DNA of 64,000 nucleotides from an uncultured Verrucomicrobiae bacterium (lineage in GTDB: Bacteria; Verrucomicrobiota; Verrucomicrobiia; Chthoniobacterales; JAFAMB01). This document shows positions 31,428-42,660 of this stretch, piece after piece; the first letter of the stretch is position 1; each line of letters opens with the position of its first letter. A program made the translations under genes and the position numbers. The stretch lies in contig CAWAIK010000004.1 in assembly GCA_963782115.1 (NCBI GenBank), forward strand, positions 89,412 to 153,411. The letters are read 5' to 3'. The notes beneath the pieces were generated by a model, which ran no database searches, was not told the DNA's origin, and saw nothing but the letters and a program-made list of their open reading frames with translations.

Positions 31428-32450
31428 TCAGAGCGAGCTCAGGAACCGAAGCAGCTCGTCATCGGCCTGGAATCGTTTTGTTTTTTGACCTGCGGACGCC
31501 ATTTTTTTGAGAGCCTTCTCCTTCATAGCCAGATCCGCTTCGATATAGCCGTGAGTTGTCTGAATGCTCTCGTGGCCGAGCCACAAAGCTATGACCGTAA
31601 TGTCAACTCCTGCCTGAAGAAGATGCATTCCACTTGTATGTCGAATGAGATGAGGAGTGACGCGCTTGTGGGCAAGACTTGGGCAGCTTGTGGCACTTCG
31701 CTCAACAGCCTGTTGAAGGATGTAGGCGACGCCATCTCGGCTCAAGGCCGCGCCACGGGCATTGGGGAAAGCTGTCGCTGCGCGATACCGTGCATCTGAG
31801 TTCAGTTCCTCAAACCATGTTCGCAGGGTGCGGCTTGTCGACGACCACAGAGGAACCGCTCGCTCCTTTCTTCCCTTGCCCTTGAACTGCACGAAACTCT
31901 TGGTTCCAAACTGAACCTGAGATCTCTGAAGTCCCGTAATCTCCGACACACGGGCTCCGGTGTTGTAAAGGGTGAGTAGCAACGCGTGATCGCGTCGTCC
32001 AGCCCATTGGCTCAGGTCATGTGCGTTGAGCAATGCGTCCATTTCCTTTCGCGTCAGGTAACCGAGCAGCCGCTTATCGGTCCGTTTGACCGGAATGGCC
32101 AACACTCGTGTAGCAACGCCAACACTGCCTGGATCCCGGATTGTTACCATCCGAAAAAAGGAGTGTACTGCCGCCAGCCGTACGTTGCGCGATTGTGCCT
32201 GATTGTTTCTTTGACACTCCAGGTAATCCAGGAAACTCAAGATCGCCGGGGCTTCCAGATCGAGAGTATGGAGCGCCGATGGCTCTTTTTCTGTTGTCTG
32301 TCGCAAATACTGCAACAGGAGCCGGAAGGTGTCCCTGTAGCTTTCCACCGTACGAGCACTCGCCCGCTTCTGCCCATAAAGGTAATCGATGAAGAACGCC
32401 TGGAGTAACGGCCCTACTGGCGTCAGGCCGGCGGCCATAACGGGCTTCAT
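31428..32450 (-). CDS. ritC: RIT tyrosine recombinase RitC
   Basis: YNTGARVSE, GKGRKER, PHLIRH, LWLGHESIQTTHGY. Confidence 0.92.
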   Translation of the reverse strand: MKPVMAAGLTPVGPLLQAFFIDYLYGQKRASARTVESYRDTFRLLLQYLRQTTEKEPSALHTLDLEAPAILSFLDYLECQRNNQAQSRNVRLAAVHSFFRMVTIRDPGSVGVATRVLAIPVKRTDKRLLGYLTRKEMDALLNAHDLSQWAGRRDHALLLTLYNTGARVSEITGLQRSQVQFGTKSFVQFKGKGRKERAVPLWSSTSRTLRTWFEELNSDARYRAATAFPNARGAALSRDGVAYILQQAVERSATSCPSLAHKRVTPHLIRHTSGMHLLQAGVDITVIALWLGHESIQTTHGYIEADLAMKEKALKKMASAGQKTKRFQADDELLRFLSSL

Positions 32451-33402
32451 TGCTGAACTCCTTGTGTGTACTGGCAAAAAGCCTCGGCGGCGGTGCTCAA
32501 CAGTTCAGGCGTTGCCGTCAGATACCAGTAGGTATGCGCAGGTTGAACGTGCCCCATGTAGACTGAGAGGTGGGGAACCAGATCCCTCACGTTAATTCCG
32601 GCGCGCTGCCATTCGATCATCCTACTGACGGCGAAAACATGGCGAAGGGAATGAATGCCAGGTCTGCCAGTGCCGGGGCGCTTGCAAATCCCGGCACGGT
32701 GAGCAAGCCCAGAGAAGGTCTGGTGACATGTCCGATAGCTGAGGTGAGCACCCCACTCAGACACGAAGAAAGCATCCGACAACGCATCGTAGCCCAGTCG
32801 CTTCCTTTGGGCAGCGTACTGAGCGATCTTCTCGGCGCACGAGGGATGCAGAGGAACCAGACGCGACTTTCGGAATTTGGTTTGAACAACCTGCAGGTGC
32901 GGATGTCTGCAACTGAGTCGGACCTCCTCCACCTTTAAGCGAAGGGCTTCCCCGACGCGCAACCCAGAACTGGCGAGCAGACCGATCAATGCCACGTAGG
33001 TGTGCGGCCGCAACGAATCGTTGGGACCGAGTCGCAACGCTTCCTTCATTATCATTAATGCGGCGATCTCATCGGGTGAGTAGAGATACGGCAGAGGCCG
33101 CAGGATGGGTGGCAGCACTCTCGGACCAGGCACCTCGGTCTCAAACTCGAAGGCTTGGAGATGGGACAGGAAACCGCGCACCACTCGTAACCGGTTGGTC
33201 TGTCCGGACGGTGCAGGTCCATGTGCTGGCGCACAGACCACTCGATTGCCGTCTGCGCTCGAATCGGACCAGAAGCTCCGTTGAGTTCCAGGAACCGGAC
33301 AAAGTTATTGAGCAGTTTTTCTTCCGATCGACAACCGTATCCGAGTGCTTTTCGAACAGCGACGTAGCATTCCACGCGCAATAGAAGGTCGCCGGTACTC
33401 AT
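32447..33402 (-). pseudogene. ritB: RIT tyrosine recombinase RitB (one frameshift near 33240)
   Basis: SGLRVGEA, TKFRKSR.VP, HSLRHVFA, LSVYMGH..HTYWYL; N-terminus in the 33055-33402 frame. Confidence 0.88.
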
Positions 33403-34656
33403 TGGTTACCTCCAGGCCATGGCATTGCTACCTCAGACAGCGAATCCAGATCGAGCTTGGCGTAGATCTCAGCGGTGGCAAGCGACTGATGCCCCAGCAC
33501 ATCGGCAACCTCTTTGAACGTACTGCCTCGAGCGACCATTTGCGTCGCCAGACTATGGCGCAGCACATGGGCGCCCGGTCTGTGTACGGAAACTCCGGCG
33601 CGCCGGAGCAATTTTTGAATGAGGGTGCAGATGCTGACCGAACGACGGAGCGGGCGAAACGGAGCCTTCCATCGAAGGAACAGTTCTCGATGTGAACTGG
33701 CCGGGCGCGCCCTCTTGAGATATGCGACCAAAGCATCACCGACTTCCTGGCAAAGAGGCAGACTGCGTTCTCGGTGATTTTTTGCTGCCCGAATCAGCAG
33801 GCATCCACAGGCCCAGTCAATGTCATCGATTCGCAAACCTATTACTTCGCATGCGCGCAACCCCAAACGAGCCAACAAAAGAGCGATGGCTCGCTCTCGC
33901 AACCCATAGGCCGAATTTGGATCACAGGCCGCAATAAATGCGTTCGATCTCATCGGCTGAAACAGCTCTGGGCAATACCGAATGCCGCCAGGTCCGTACA
34001 GAAGGGACTGCGCCAGTAAGCCCTGCCGGAATGACTCCGGTGCTGGTCAAGAAGCGCAGGAATGCGCGCATGGCCGTAACCGGTTGCCCACAACTGATCG
34101 GTTGCAGTTTGGCAGCTTCGCGTCGAACGAAATCAACGACGGCGTCCGCGCTGAGCTTTTGCCATTCGATCTCAGCATGACCAAAACACTCATCCAGAAA
34201 CCGACGAGCGTAGAGCAGATAATTACTACGACTTCGCGGAGCACAGCCTAAAGTGCGTTCCAGATGAGAGTCGAATTCGGCCAGCCATTTTCCCGCGCTG
34301 GTTAATGGAGTCTCTACGGCGGGCGCTATCACCCCTTGGGACTTCAAAAATTCCAGCAACTCATGCAGACCCTGAGCACTGTGCGGCAATCTGCCGTTGG
34401 GTGTGGAAGCAGAATATAACCTCCCTCCTCCTTCGATGTAGCGATCCAGAGTCGCTCTAGTCAAATCGCCAACCGTCAGCCTCTGGTCAGTGAGCCAGAC
34501 TCCAAAGTGATCGGCGGCACGTAAGTGACGCCGAATGCAGCCTCTTGAATAGCCTTCCTCATGGAGGGAAGCGGCAAATACTGGAAGGTAGGGTCCAAAG
34601 ACTCCTTCCTGCAAACGACTCAGCACCTTTGGCTGAGTAAAAAATTGCTTAATCAT
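33399..34656 (-). pseudogene. ritA: RIT tyrosine recombinase RitA (one frameshift near 33940)
   Basis: SAM-like N-terminal half (33922-34656) plus RLGLRACEV, HVLRHSLAT, LGHQS..T.IYAK (33399-33953). Confidence 0.88.
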
Positions 34657-34855
34657 GGTCTTCTCTCTTGTTCGGTGTCTTACCGGACTGAAGAAGCCAT
34701 CTCAGGATAATGCCGAGTACATCAACTCCGGGATCGTGAGTTGGCCGAGTCTCATCACAAGCGGAGCGACTCTACTCGGCATTACGATGAACTCGACATT
34801 AGGAACGGAAAGTCCGGTTAAGCCATCGTCAGCGACTATTGCGGCGTTGTACGAG

Positions 34856-36121
34856 CTATTCTTGGTCAGCAATCGGATTGCGCAATGGCCGCAGTTCGCC
34901 CCGCGCTACGGTTTCGGGCATCGCGAATGAATACCGGCCCAACATGTTGATGTGGTCGTGGATAAGCGGAGAAAGTCTGGCGACATCCGCCTCGCAAACC
35001 TGGTGTCCCTCCAGGCGCAACTGATTGAGGACAGCCTCCATGTAGATTGTGTTCCACAAGACGATCATGTTAACAACGAGTCCCAGCGCACCGAGTTGAT
35101 CCTCCTGTCCCTCCCGATAGCGCTGACGCAGTTCGCCTCGCTTGCCGTGGAAGATAGCGCGCCCCAGGCTGTGCCGTCCCTCGCCTCGGTTGAGCTGGGT
35201 TAGCGTGCTCCTGCGCTTGTTTTCGTCGTCGATCATATTCAGTGTGTGCAGTGTCTTATCGATCCGACCGAATTCAGCGATGGCCTGCGCCAATCGAGTC
35301 GGATTGTCGCCGACCTGCAGAGTGCGCATGATGCCAGTTGCCGGCACCCGTCCCAGCAAGAGTGAGCCGGTGAGCCGCAATATGTCGTCCCAATGCGGCG
35401 AGATGCGTTGCAGGCGGAGCCGATGCTGCGAGATGACGTTGAGCTTTCCATAATCGGCATTGGGGTCGATGCGCCAGAAGCGTGTTCCTCCGATGTCCGC
35501 TAAGCGGGGGCTGAAGCGGTAGCCTAATAGGCGGAATAATCCAAAGACGACATCGCTGTAGGCGCCCGTATCGGTCATGATCTGCGTCGGCTTCAATTCG
35601 GTTTGCTGTTCGAGCACGACCGCCAGCAGAACCAGACTGTCACGCAGAGTGCCTGGGGTCGGGATCGCGTTGAGTCCGGTGAACTGATCGGAGAGCAAGT
35701 TGTACCAAGTCACGCCTTTGAGCTGGCCGAAGTACTTTGGATTGGGACCGGCATGCACGGTGCGGATCGGCACGACGAAGCGCATGCCATCAGCGGAAGC
35801 TACTTCGCCGCCACCCCACACATGCGCCAACGCGATGCGGTTTTGTGCGAAGACCAGCTTGGCATTGGCCGCGGTCAATGTGTCATCACGGACATAGTTT
35901 TGTTTGACCCAGGCCAAACGGTCCCGGCGCAGGGCCGGATTGTGGTAGCGGATAAACGGTTCGGGGCCGGTGTTGCAGGCCTCTGCCGTCAGCACCGCGC
36001 ACACGCTGGTCGTCAGATCGGCAACGCGTGCCGTACGTTCCGTGAGGTGCGTAAACGCCTCGGCAAAGCCGGTGCGGGCGGCAATCTCAACCACGATTTC
36101 CGGAATGTCGACTCGAGGCAA
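34856..36121 (-). pseudogene. tnpA: Tn3 family transposase, C-terminal 421 aa (5'-truncated)
   Basis: PRVDIPEIVVEI, ASADGMRF, IMTDTGAYS, QLNRGEGRH, HINMLGRY. Confidence 0.93.
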
Positions 36122-36453
36122 CTAGTTGCGACTACCAGTTATTGAGCAGAACAAATGCGCGGCAGTGCTGTCAATATAAAATTTACTGCATCTTCACGCT
36201 AAATCACGCTAATAGCCACCGTCGCGGCGATTACCCTTGGTATGCTCTCCGAGCCTCTTCCGTCGCGACGCCAGCCTAAAAATGCTGTGCGTTATGCAGG
36301 ACAAAAGTTATGCCAGGCTAAATTTCTTTGGCGGGTTCGCCTGTAAACCCCTCCTCCACCCTCCCTCGCCCACTACTGGCATCGATTGCAGTAAAATCGT
36401 AGACTGCATCACTTCGAGTCAGATTTTTGCAATTAAATCGTAGATCAACCGGA

Positions 36454-38091
36454 TCAACCCTCCTTTTTGCAGCTAAAAAGCTCCAAGACTTTCCTGACTA
36501 ATTTGTCGGGTTCAATCGGTTTTGCCAGATGTGCTTGAAAACCAGCCAATCGGGTCGCAGCCCCATCTTCGTCACGAGCTGCGGCCGTAAAAGCGATCAC
36601 CGGCAACTGTCCGAGCCCGGGTTTAAGCCGCCGCACATTCTCCAGGACTTCGTAGCCGTCCATCTCAGGCATGGCTAAATCGCAAATCAGAACGTCAGGA
36701 TGAAGATCCTTGATGGCCTCAAGCGCTTCTTGCCCCGAACTCACCACGACGGTTTCAGCCCCGCTGCGTTCGAGAATGGCTTTGAGGAGTTCTCGCGCGT
36801 CGGCATTATCATCTACAGCGACTACCTTGATGTCTTTAAGTCTGGTGTCAGGCAGCCGTTCTTCTTTCTTAAAGATGCGCTTTGCCGGACGTCCGTCACT
36901 CGAATCGGAGTTGGAGGCTATGGTTCGCAATTTGACCTTGATCATGGCCCCACGGCCTGGGCCCTCGCTCTCAGCGCTAATTGAACCTCCGTGCAACTCG
37001 ACGAGATGTTTACAGATAGCCAAGCCTAGACCCAGTCCACCGTTTTCTCTGGAACTCGCTCCATCTTGGGCGAACCGCTTGAAAATATGGGGAAGGAACT
37101 CTGGTGAGATTCCTTTGCCAGTATCCTTGACCACAATGATTGCGTTTGCTCGCGTTTTTCTTAGCTGCACGGTAACTGAGCCTCCGCCAGGCGTAAATTT
37201 CAGGGAATTACCCAGGAGATTACCTAGGATTTGGTGCAGCCGTGCCTCGTCTCCCAAAACCGTACAGCTGACTGCCTCTGGAATTTCCACAAGAGTCGCT
37301 ACCGCGATCCCTTTCTCGGCTGCTTGCAGGCGCAATGTTTCGACGCTTGCTCTAACGACCTGCTTCAAATCTACCTCTTTGAGCTCCATGGTCAGAGCGC
37401 CCGCAACAATTCGCGAGGTATCCAGGAGGTCTGAGATTAGTTCAATTAAGGTATTAGTATTACGTCCCAGCACTTCGAGTCCTTGCGCCATCACCGTTTC
37501 ATCTTGGCGCGCATTCCTCATGAGATAGGTCCAGCCCGAAATCGCGTTTAGCGGAGTACGAAGCTCGTGAGAAAGGGTGGCCAGGAAGTGGTCCTTCGCT
37601 CGATTAGCAGCTTCGGCTTCAAGCCGAGCGCGTTGCAGTTCGAGGCCAACCTTCCGCTGAGATTCCAATAGGTCTCGAAGCTGATATTGACGCACGCGCG
37701 ACTGCAGCGCGACACGCAACGCTCCAAGCAATGTGGCCGGGCGCATGGGCCGTTCAAGCACCGTCACTGCACCTCGAAGACTCAGAACTCGCGCGCGTTG
37801 CCTTGTGACGCTCGTCGGCTGGCCTGGATGAGTGAGAAAAATAATCGGCAGCTCCGACCACGGCTCCTGATGTTCGATCCACTTAGCCAGGATTGAGTAT
37901 TCAGCCGGCGAGGCCAAAGATTCCTCGGTCAGCACCAAGGCCCCGACGGTATTTCCCTCCGCGCGAAGGTGCTCACAAAGATCGGACACACTCTGGCATG
38001 GCTGGGAAACAACTCCGGCGTTTCGCAAGACGGTAACTGCTATATCCGCATCCCTACCCACCGGTGCTAAAATCAGAATGATTTGAGACAT
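36454..38091 (-). CDS. Hybrid sensor histidine kinase (degenerate REC - HisKA - HATPase - REC)
   Basis: FLATLSHELRTPL, NLLGNSLKFT, DTGKGI, GLGLGL, DLAMPEMDG. Confidence 0.93.
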   Translation of the reverse strand: MSQIILILAPVGRDADIAVTVLRNAGVVSQPCQSVSDLCEHLRAEGNTVGALVLTEESLASPAEYSILAKWIEHQEPWSELPIIFLTHPGQPTSVTRQRARVLSLRGAVTVLERPMRPATLLGALRVALQSRVRQYQLRDLLESQRKVGLELQRARLEAEAANRAKDHFLATLSHELRTPLNAISGWTYLMRNARQDETVMAQGLEVLGRNTNTLIELISDLLDTSRIVAGALTMELKEVDLKQVVRASVETLRLQAAEKGIAVATLVEIPEAVSCTVLGDEARLHQILGNLLGNSLKFTPGGGSVTVQLRKTRANAIIVVKDTGKGISPEFLPHIFKRFAQDGASSRENGGLGLGLAICKHLVELHGGSISAESEGPGRGAMIKVKLRTIASNSDSSDGRPAKRIFKKEERLPDTRLKDIKVVAVDDNADARELLKAILERSGAETVVVSSGQEALEAIKDLHPDVLICDLAMPEMDGYEVLENVRRLKPGLGQLPVIAFTAAARDEDGAATRLAGFQAHLAKPIEPDKLVRKVLELFSCKKEG

Positions 38092-38109
38092 CGTTGGTGT
38101 CGGCTCGCA

Positions 38110-39627
38110 TCAATTGTCTGAGCCTTCCGTTTCTTGGTTCTCTTGCACTCCTGGCTCTGACTCCAGCACCGGCACTCCTGTCAGCACACCTCGGAATTGA
38201 AGGAGCGGTTCCCCCACCCACAATCCTTTAGCGCTCACCTTGAACTCGCGAATTGTACTCTCGTGGCCACCACTACGCTTCTTGGCTACCGATATCGCCT
38301 GGCGGATTGCGCCTCGTGCCTCGAAGTGGCGCAGAATTATTACGGTGTCCGCTAGATAGGTAAGATTCATCGGCGAGCGGAACTCATTCAAGAAGCCGGA
38401 CTGAGCGAGGACCATAATGGTGACAACCCCAAGTTGATCGAGATAGGTCAGCATCTCGTGCAGCTGCAGGTTGAGTATCTTGCCATCCTGCATCGCCTTG
38501 CTGTACCCATTCAGGCTATCGATGATCACCATTCGAACGTTTTCCCGTTCGACGAAATTCAGCAACAAGTGAGCGAACTGTCCAGGAGAGATCTCGGCGG
38601 GATCCACCTGCTGGGCGCGCAGGACGCCCTCGCGAATAAACGGCCGAAGATCAATGCCGAAAGCTGTCGCCTTGGTGAGATAAAGCTCTAGATTTTCATC
38701 GAAAGTGAAAAGTGCCACTCGCTCCCCTCGCGCAGCAGCACAGTGAGCGTAAGTAATGGCAAGGCTCGACTTGCCGGTGCCAGAGGGACCTATCAGCAAA
38801 TTACTTGTGCCTCTGTCCATTCCGCCTCCCAAAAGAATATCCATCCCTTCGATGCCGCACGACACGGGCTCGCGGACGAAATCGTGGTGTTGTTCTCTCG
38901 GTACAATTCTCGGGAACACCTTGACCCCGCCGGTCTCGATTACGTAATCGTGTGGACCGCCCAAAAAGCTACTGCCTCGAATTTTTCGGATGCTCAGATG
39001 ACGGCGTTCAGCGCCGTAGGCCGACTCGTCGCGACGCAAAGTGATTACCCCATGGCAAACGCTCTCCAGTTGCCGATCATCTCTCGAATCGGCAGACGTG
39101 AGGTCATCCAATAAGAAAGTTGTACACGCTCGCGCGGCTAGGAATTGCTTAATGCTTAAAATCTGACGCCGATATCGAAGGGCGCTCTGCGAAAGTAGTC
39201 GCAGCTCAGACACCGAATCGAAAACGGCCCTGGTCGGTTTGATCCGCTCAACTTCGGCAAAAATGATTTTCGTGACATCATGAAGCTCAATGTCTGCGGG
39301 ATCAAAAAGTGTGCTTTCCGCTTCTGCAGTAAGTTGCTGGGCAAAGTTCGAGAGTTCTAAAATACCAATGCCATCAAGCGACCAGCCGTGTGAGCGCGCA
39401 ACCACAAAAAGTTCTGCGCTTGTTTCTGAAAATGTAATGTAAAGACAGGATTCGCCCCCGCGGACACCCGCCATAAGGAATTGCAGCGCCAGAGTCGTCT
39501 TCCCAACCCCTGGGTCACCCTGAATTAAATAGAGTGCGTTAGGAGGAAAGCCTCCGCCCAAAATATGATTGAGACCGCTTGTCCCCGTGTCACAACGTGC
39601 CGAGGCTGGTTCTTCTGCGGCACTCAT
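38110..39627 (-). CDS. KaiC-like double-domain RecA/RAD55 ATPase
   Basis: Two Walker A motifs (GDPGVGKT, GPSGTGKS); LTYLADT; KKRSGGHE; start uncertain. Confidence 0.9.
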   Translation of the reverse strand: MSAAEEPASARCDTGTSGLNHILGGGFPPNALYLIQGDPGVGKTTLALQFLMAGVRGGESCLYITFSETSAELFVVARSHGWSLDGIGILELSNFAQQLTAEAESTLFDPADIELHDVTKIIFAEVERIKPTRAVFDSVSELRLLSQSALRYRRQILSIKQFLAARACTTFLLDDLTSADSRDDRQLESVCHGVITLRRDESAYGAERRHLSIRKIRGSSFLGGPHDYVIETGGVKVFPRIVPREQHHDFVREPVSCGIEGMDILLGGGMDRGTSNLLIGPSGTGKSSLAITYAHCAAARGERVALFTFDENLELYLTKATAFGIDLRPFIREGVLRAQQVDPAEISPGQFAHLLLNFVERENVRMVIIDSLNGYSKAMQDGKILNLQLHEMLTYLDQLGVVTIMVLAQSGFLNEFRSPMNLTYLADTVIILRHFEARGAIRQAISVAKKRSGGHESTIREFKVSAKGLWVGEPLLQFRGVLTGVPVLESEPGVQENQETEGSDN

Positions 39628-40244
39628 TTCAATGTAATCTCTGGCAACTGATTTCTCGGGCAATTTTGACTAAGCGAAAGGTTTTTGTCGAGTCCATTGA
39701 AAATGTTCGCTACCGACGCCTGTTATACCGGGCTTGTGCAACGCGGCCTCGCTGGAACGGAGAAGATCGGTGGGGAAGCCGCTTTGCGAATACACTCGAC
39801 TTCATTGGCGACAGGCACGAATGTCCCGAACTCTTTCTCCTCCTCTGGCGCCTTTCCCTGGCCTGAAACTTTGAAGACGGGTGGCATCTCCGGCGAAGTC
39901 AGACGTAGAAAGTGACGCAAAATGACTCCCATCCCCGCAAAAGTCCTTACTGTCGCTAAGCAGAGCAGCCAATACCATAGTCGTTCAGATCGAACTTGAG
40001 AAGTACCTGGGTTCATTCCACACTTTAAGATTCGGCGAAAAGAAACCATTCACCGGTTCCTGTCACAACGGTCAACTTGACCTTTTTTACTACCGAGATC
40101 CAGGCGTTAAAGCAGGTAAGTCGTTTCCGCTCTGGACGATTATGTGACTTTAGGTCACCGCAGATGGTTTCCCAAATTCTCAAAATTCTCGCTTTTTTTC
40201 CAGGGGCCGAGTCGATTCTCCAGATCGGCCCGAGGTTTGCCGGT

Positions 40245-40370
40245 GCGGTGGGTTACCGGGCGGTGCCCACCCAAGCACTGCAGAGTGTGCGGCTCTCCGC
40301 CAAAGCGATCCCGGTCGTCGCCGATTTCGGGCAGCAGACGCGGGGCAAGCTTAGGTCCGGCTAACTGCAT
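40245..40370 (-). pseudogene. IS110 family transposase remnant
   Basis: AGPKLAPRLLPEIGDDRDRF..LQCLGG..PVT. Confidence 0.65.
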
Positions 40371-40461
40371 TCAAGGCGTGCTGGCCGTTCCCGCGCCTCA
40401 GCATCTTTTTGCCCGGCGGTCTAGAAAACCTCTTTCACGTCCAGCCGCGAACATCTTGGCT

Positions 40462-40974
40462 ATGAGATTTACTGCATTAAAATTGGATTCTTTGCGCGAC
40501 CTGTTTATCGAGGAATTGCGCGACTTGTACAGCGCTGAGACGCAGCTGGTGGACGCTTTGCCAAAAATGGCCGAGGCGGCTGCTTCGCAGGAGCTAGCAT
40601 CAGCTTTTGAACACCACCTAGAGGAAACGCGCGGACACGTTTCGCGACTGGAAAGCATTTTCAACCAGATGGGCGAAAAATCTTCGGGAGAGACCTGTGA
40701 AGCCATGAAGGGCCTCATTAAGGAGGGCGAACTTTTAGTGAAAGCCGAAGGAAATCCCGATGTTCGGGATGCTGGTTTAATCGGAGCTGCTCAGCGAATT
40801 GAGCATTACGAAATGGCTGGTTATGGGACGGCCCGCAGCTTGGCTCGGCGCCTGGGAGAAAATCAGACAGCCGAGATCTTGCAGCAAACATTGGATGAGG
40901 AAGGAGAAGCTAACAAAAAGCTGACTTCAATCGCAGAAAGCCAGGTAAACGTCGCCGCTACCTCGAGAGCATAA
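40462..40974 (+). CDS. yciF: Ferritin-like domain protein YciF/DUF892
   Basis: LRDLYSAETQL..ALPKM, HLEET..H..RLE, CEAMKGLI.EG, AQRIEHYE. Confidence 0.92.
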   Translation: MRFTALKLDSLRDLFIEELRDLYSAETQLVDALPKMAEAAASQELASAFEHHLEETRGHVSRLESIFNQMGEKSSGETCEAMKGLIKEGELLVKAEGNPDVRDAGLIGAAQRIEHYEMAGYGTARSLARRLGENQTAEILQQTLDEEGEANKKLTSIAESQVNVAATSRA

Positions 40975-41313
40975 TTGAGCAGCTATCAAATTCGCCTCTA
41001 CAGAGCCACGATCCCACCGATGATTGTGAGCTCGTAGAGACCCATGTGCACGAAAACAATTGTGCCCGTTTTAATTAACGATCGCCAAACAAGGGCAACT
41101 CAAAATGGTCGGGCCAAAGCGATGAGCGTTGTGGCGATTCGCACATTTCGGCAGTTCCGGAGGCAAAACAGGGATCGTGTCGATATTTTAGATGTTGAAA
41201 TCCAGGCTCACCTTCAAAGAAGCGATTGAATCGCCCGACCACAGTCGGATGAGCCGGCACCGGCTCAAAGTTGGGCAACGGGAGTTTTATTCCCGACTGG
41301 ACAGCTTGGCCAT

Positions 41314-41715
41314 ATGAACAACGGCATAGAAGCGTTTCGGTCGCAACTTCAGAAGGAACTCCGGCTCTCAATCGGTCCGAAAGATCCGCTTCTGGCTCTG
41401 TGGGTATCGCAAAGGGAGCTCCTTGAACAGAATGCCGCCCAACAGCAAAAATTGCTGAGCGAATTCCAAGCTGCACTTGGCAAGAGTCAAACCGCCTGGT
41501 CCGAGCAGGCGAAAGCGCTCGCACAGCAGAGCTTAAGAGCCGGACTACAGGCAGCTCAAAATAGCACGGCGTTACTGCTCGAAGAAGCGGCCGGATGAAC
41601 GGAAGGGCTGTCCGCCAAGCGTTTGAAGAAGGTGTTGCACGGATCGAGCAAGCGTTGACGGCCGGCCGCCGGATCGCTTGGCTGAGTCTGGCGGCCTCGG
41701 TCGTGGCCCTCGCGG
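41314..41715 (+). pseudogene. Conjugal transfer TraM-like protein (frameshift near 41595)
   Basis: SIGPKDPLLAL..W.EQAKALA resembles IncP TraM; hydrophobic C-terminus in the next frame. Confidence 0.65.
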
Positions 41716-41850
41716 GTAGGGTATCACCTTTGCCCGCACGGACGATGTTTCCTTTTTGCGCCGAAAGCGCCACATCGTCGGCGTCCAGACTTGCGCATTC
41801 ACCAATCCGCAACGCGATATAACAGTAACAGCATGAGGGCGTGTATCCGT
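41715..41850 (-). pseudogene. Tyrosine recombinase remnant
   Basis: LRIGECASLDADDVALS..GKGD. Confidence 0.6.
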
Positions 41851-42660
41851 CTTACTAACCACACGGCGTAGGTTGCCGCCAGAACTCCGGTGGTTAGTTC
41901 AGACAGATACGTTTAGTCAACGCTCCTTTGGGTTGCCGGGTCGACCTACGAAAGTCCTGATCGCAACCACCGACCCTTTTGCATAACCGCGAGCGCACGC
42001 CGTTCCGCAACACCTCTCAGGTACAGCGGTCCGTGGGCTGAAAATGAAGCAGCAATAATCCCAACCCGCTCAGCACCGCACAAGCGATGAACATGGATCG
42101 ATAACCAAAGGCCTGAGCCCAGGCTCCAGCCGCAGCTGCAACTGATAATTTTGATAAAAAAAATTGTTTTTTATATCCTACATAGCTATAGAGTGTTTCA
42201 AAACAAGTTCTCAATCCGTGTTTACGCAGGTGTCCTGGTCTGCTTCTTAATGAGCCCTTCGCTTACAAGCAATGCCGGGGAATATTGGTTTGGTTCGATG
42301 GCACGCCTTCTCCGGTGAGAATCTGTTTATCGGGATGAAGCAAAGTTATGCGCACCAATGAGATTGCAAAGGACCGCTCCAGCACGGCAATTGAGAAAGG
42401 CCCCTTGCATCTTTTGCTCGAAATTGAGCGCCGCTTTCGCGCCGAAGAGAGAAAGAATCTTCGTTCAGAGCGAGGAAAATCACATCAGAACCTACTGAGA
42501 ATAATCAAGAAACAACCTGGGTAGAAATAATACCACAGCGATCCGCATGGGCCTTCACTTATGCATTCGCGTGACCAGCCCCTTACCTCTGCATTCCGAA
42601 AGACCGTTTTTCGTGCAACACGTCTCCCCTGCGCTCCCTAAAGCTCCTGTGTTGCGAGTC

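Larger units (their letters stand above)
31345..34801 (-). mobile_element. RIT (recombinase-in-trio) element
   Basis: Three tandem tyrosine recombinases coupled by ATGA overlaps; perfect terminal IR taatgtcgagttcatcgtaatgccgagtagagtcg (31345-31379 and 34767-34801); inner inverted taatgccgag sub-sites. Confidence 0.93.

Noticed and set aside
38110..39663. Circadian clock locus
   Set aside because: No kaiA or kaiB, and the canonical ST phosphosite reads TY; treated as a non-clock KaiC-like ATPase
41075..41812. 245-aa - strand ORF
   Set aside because: Only the first ~30 aa are integrase-like; the rest is antisense to the traM-like gene
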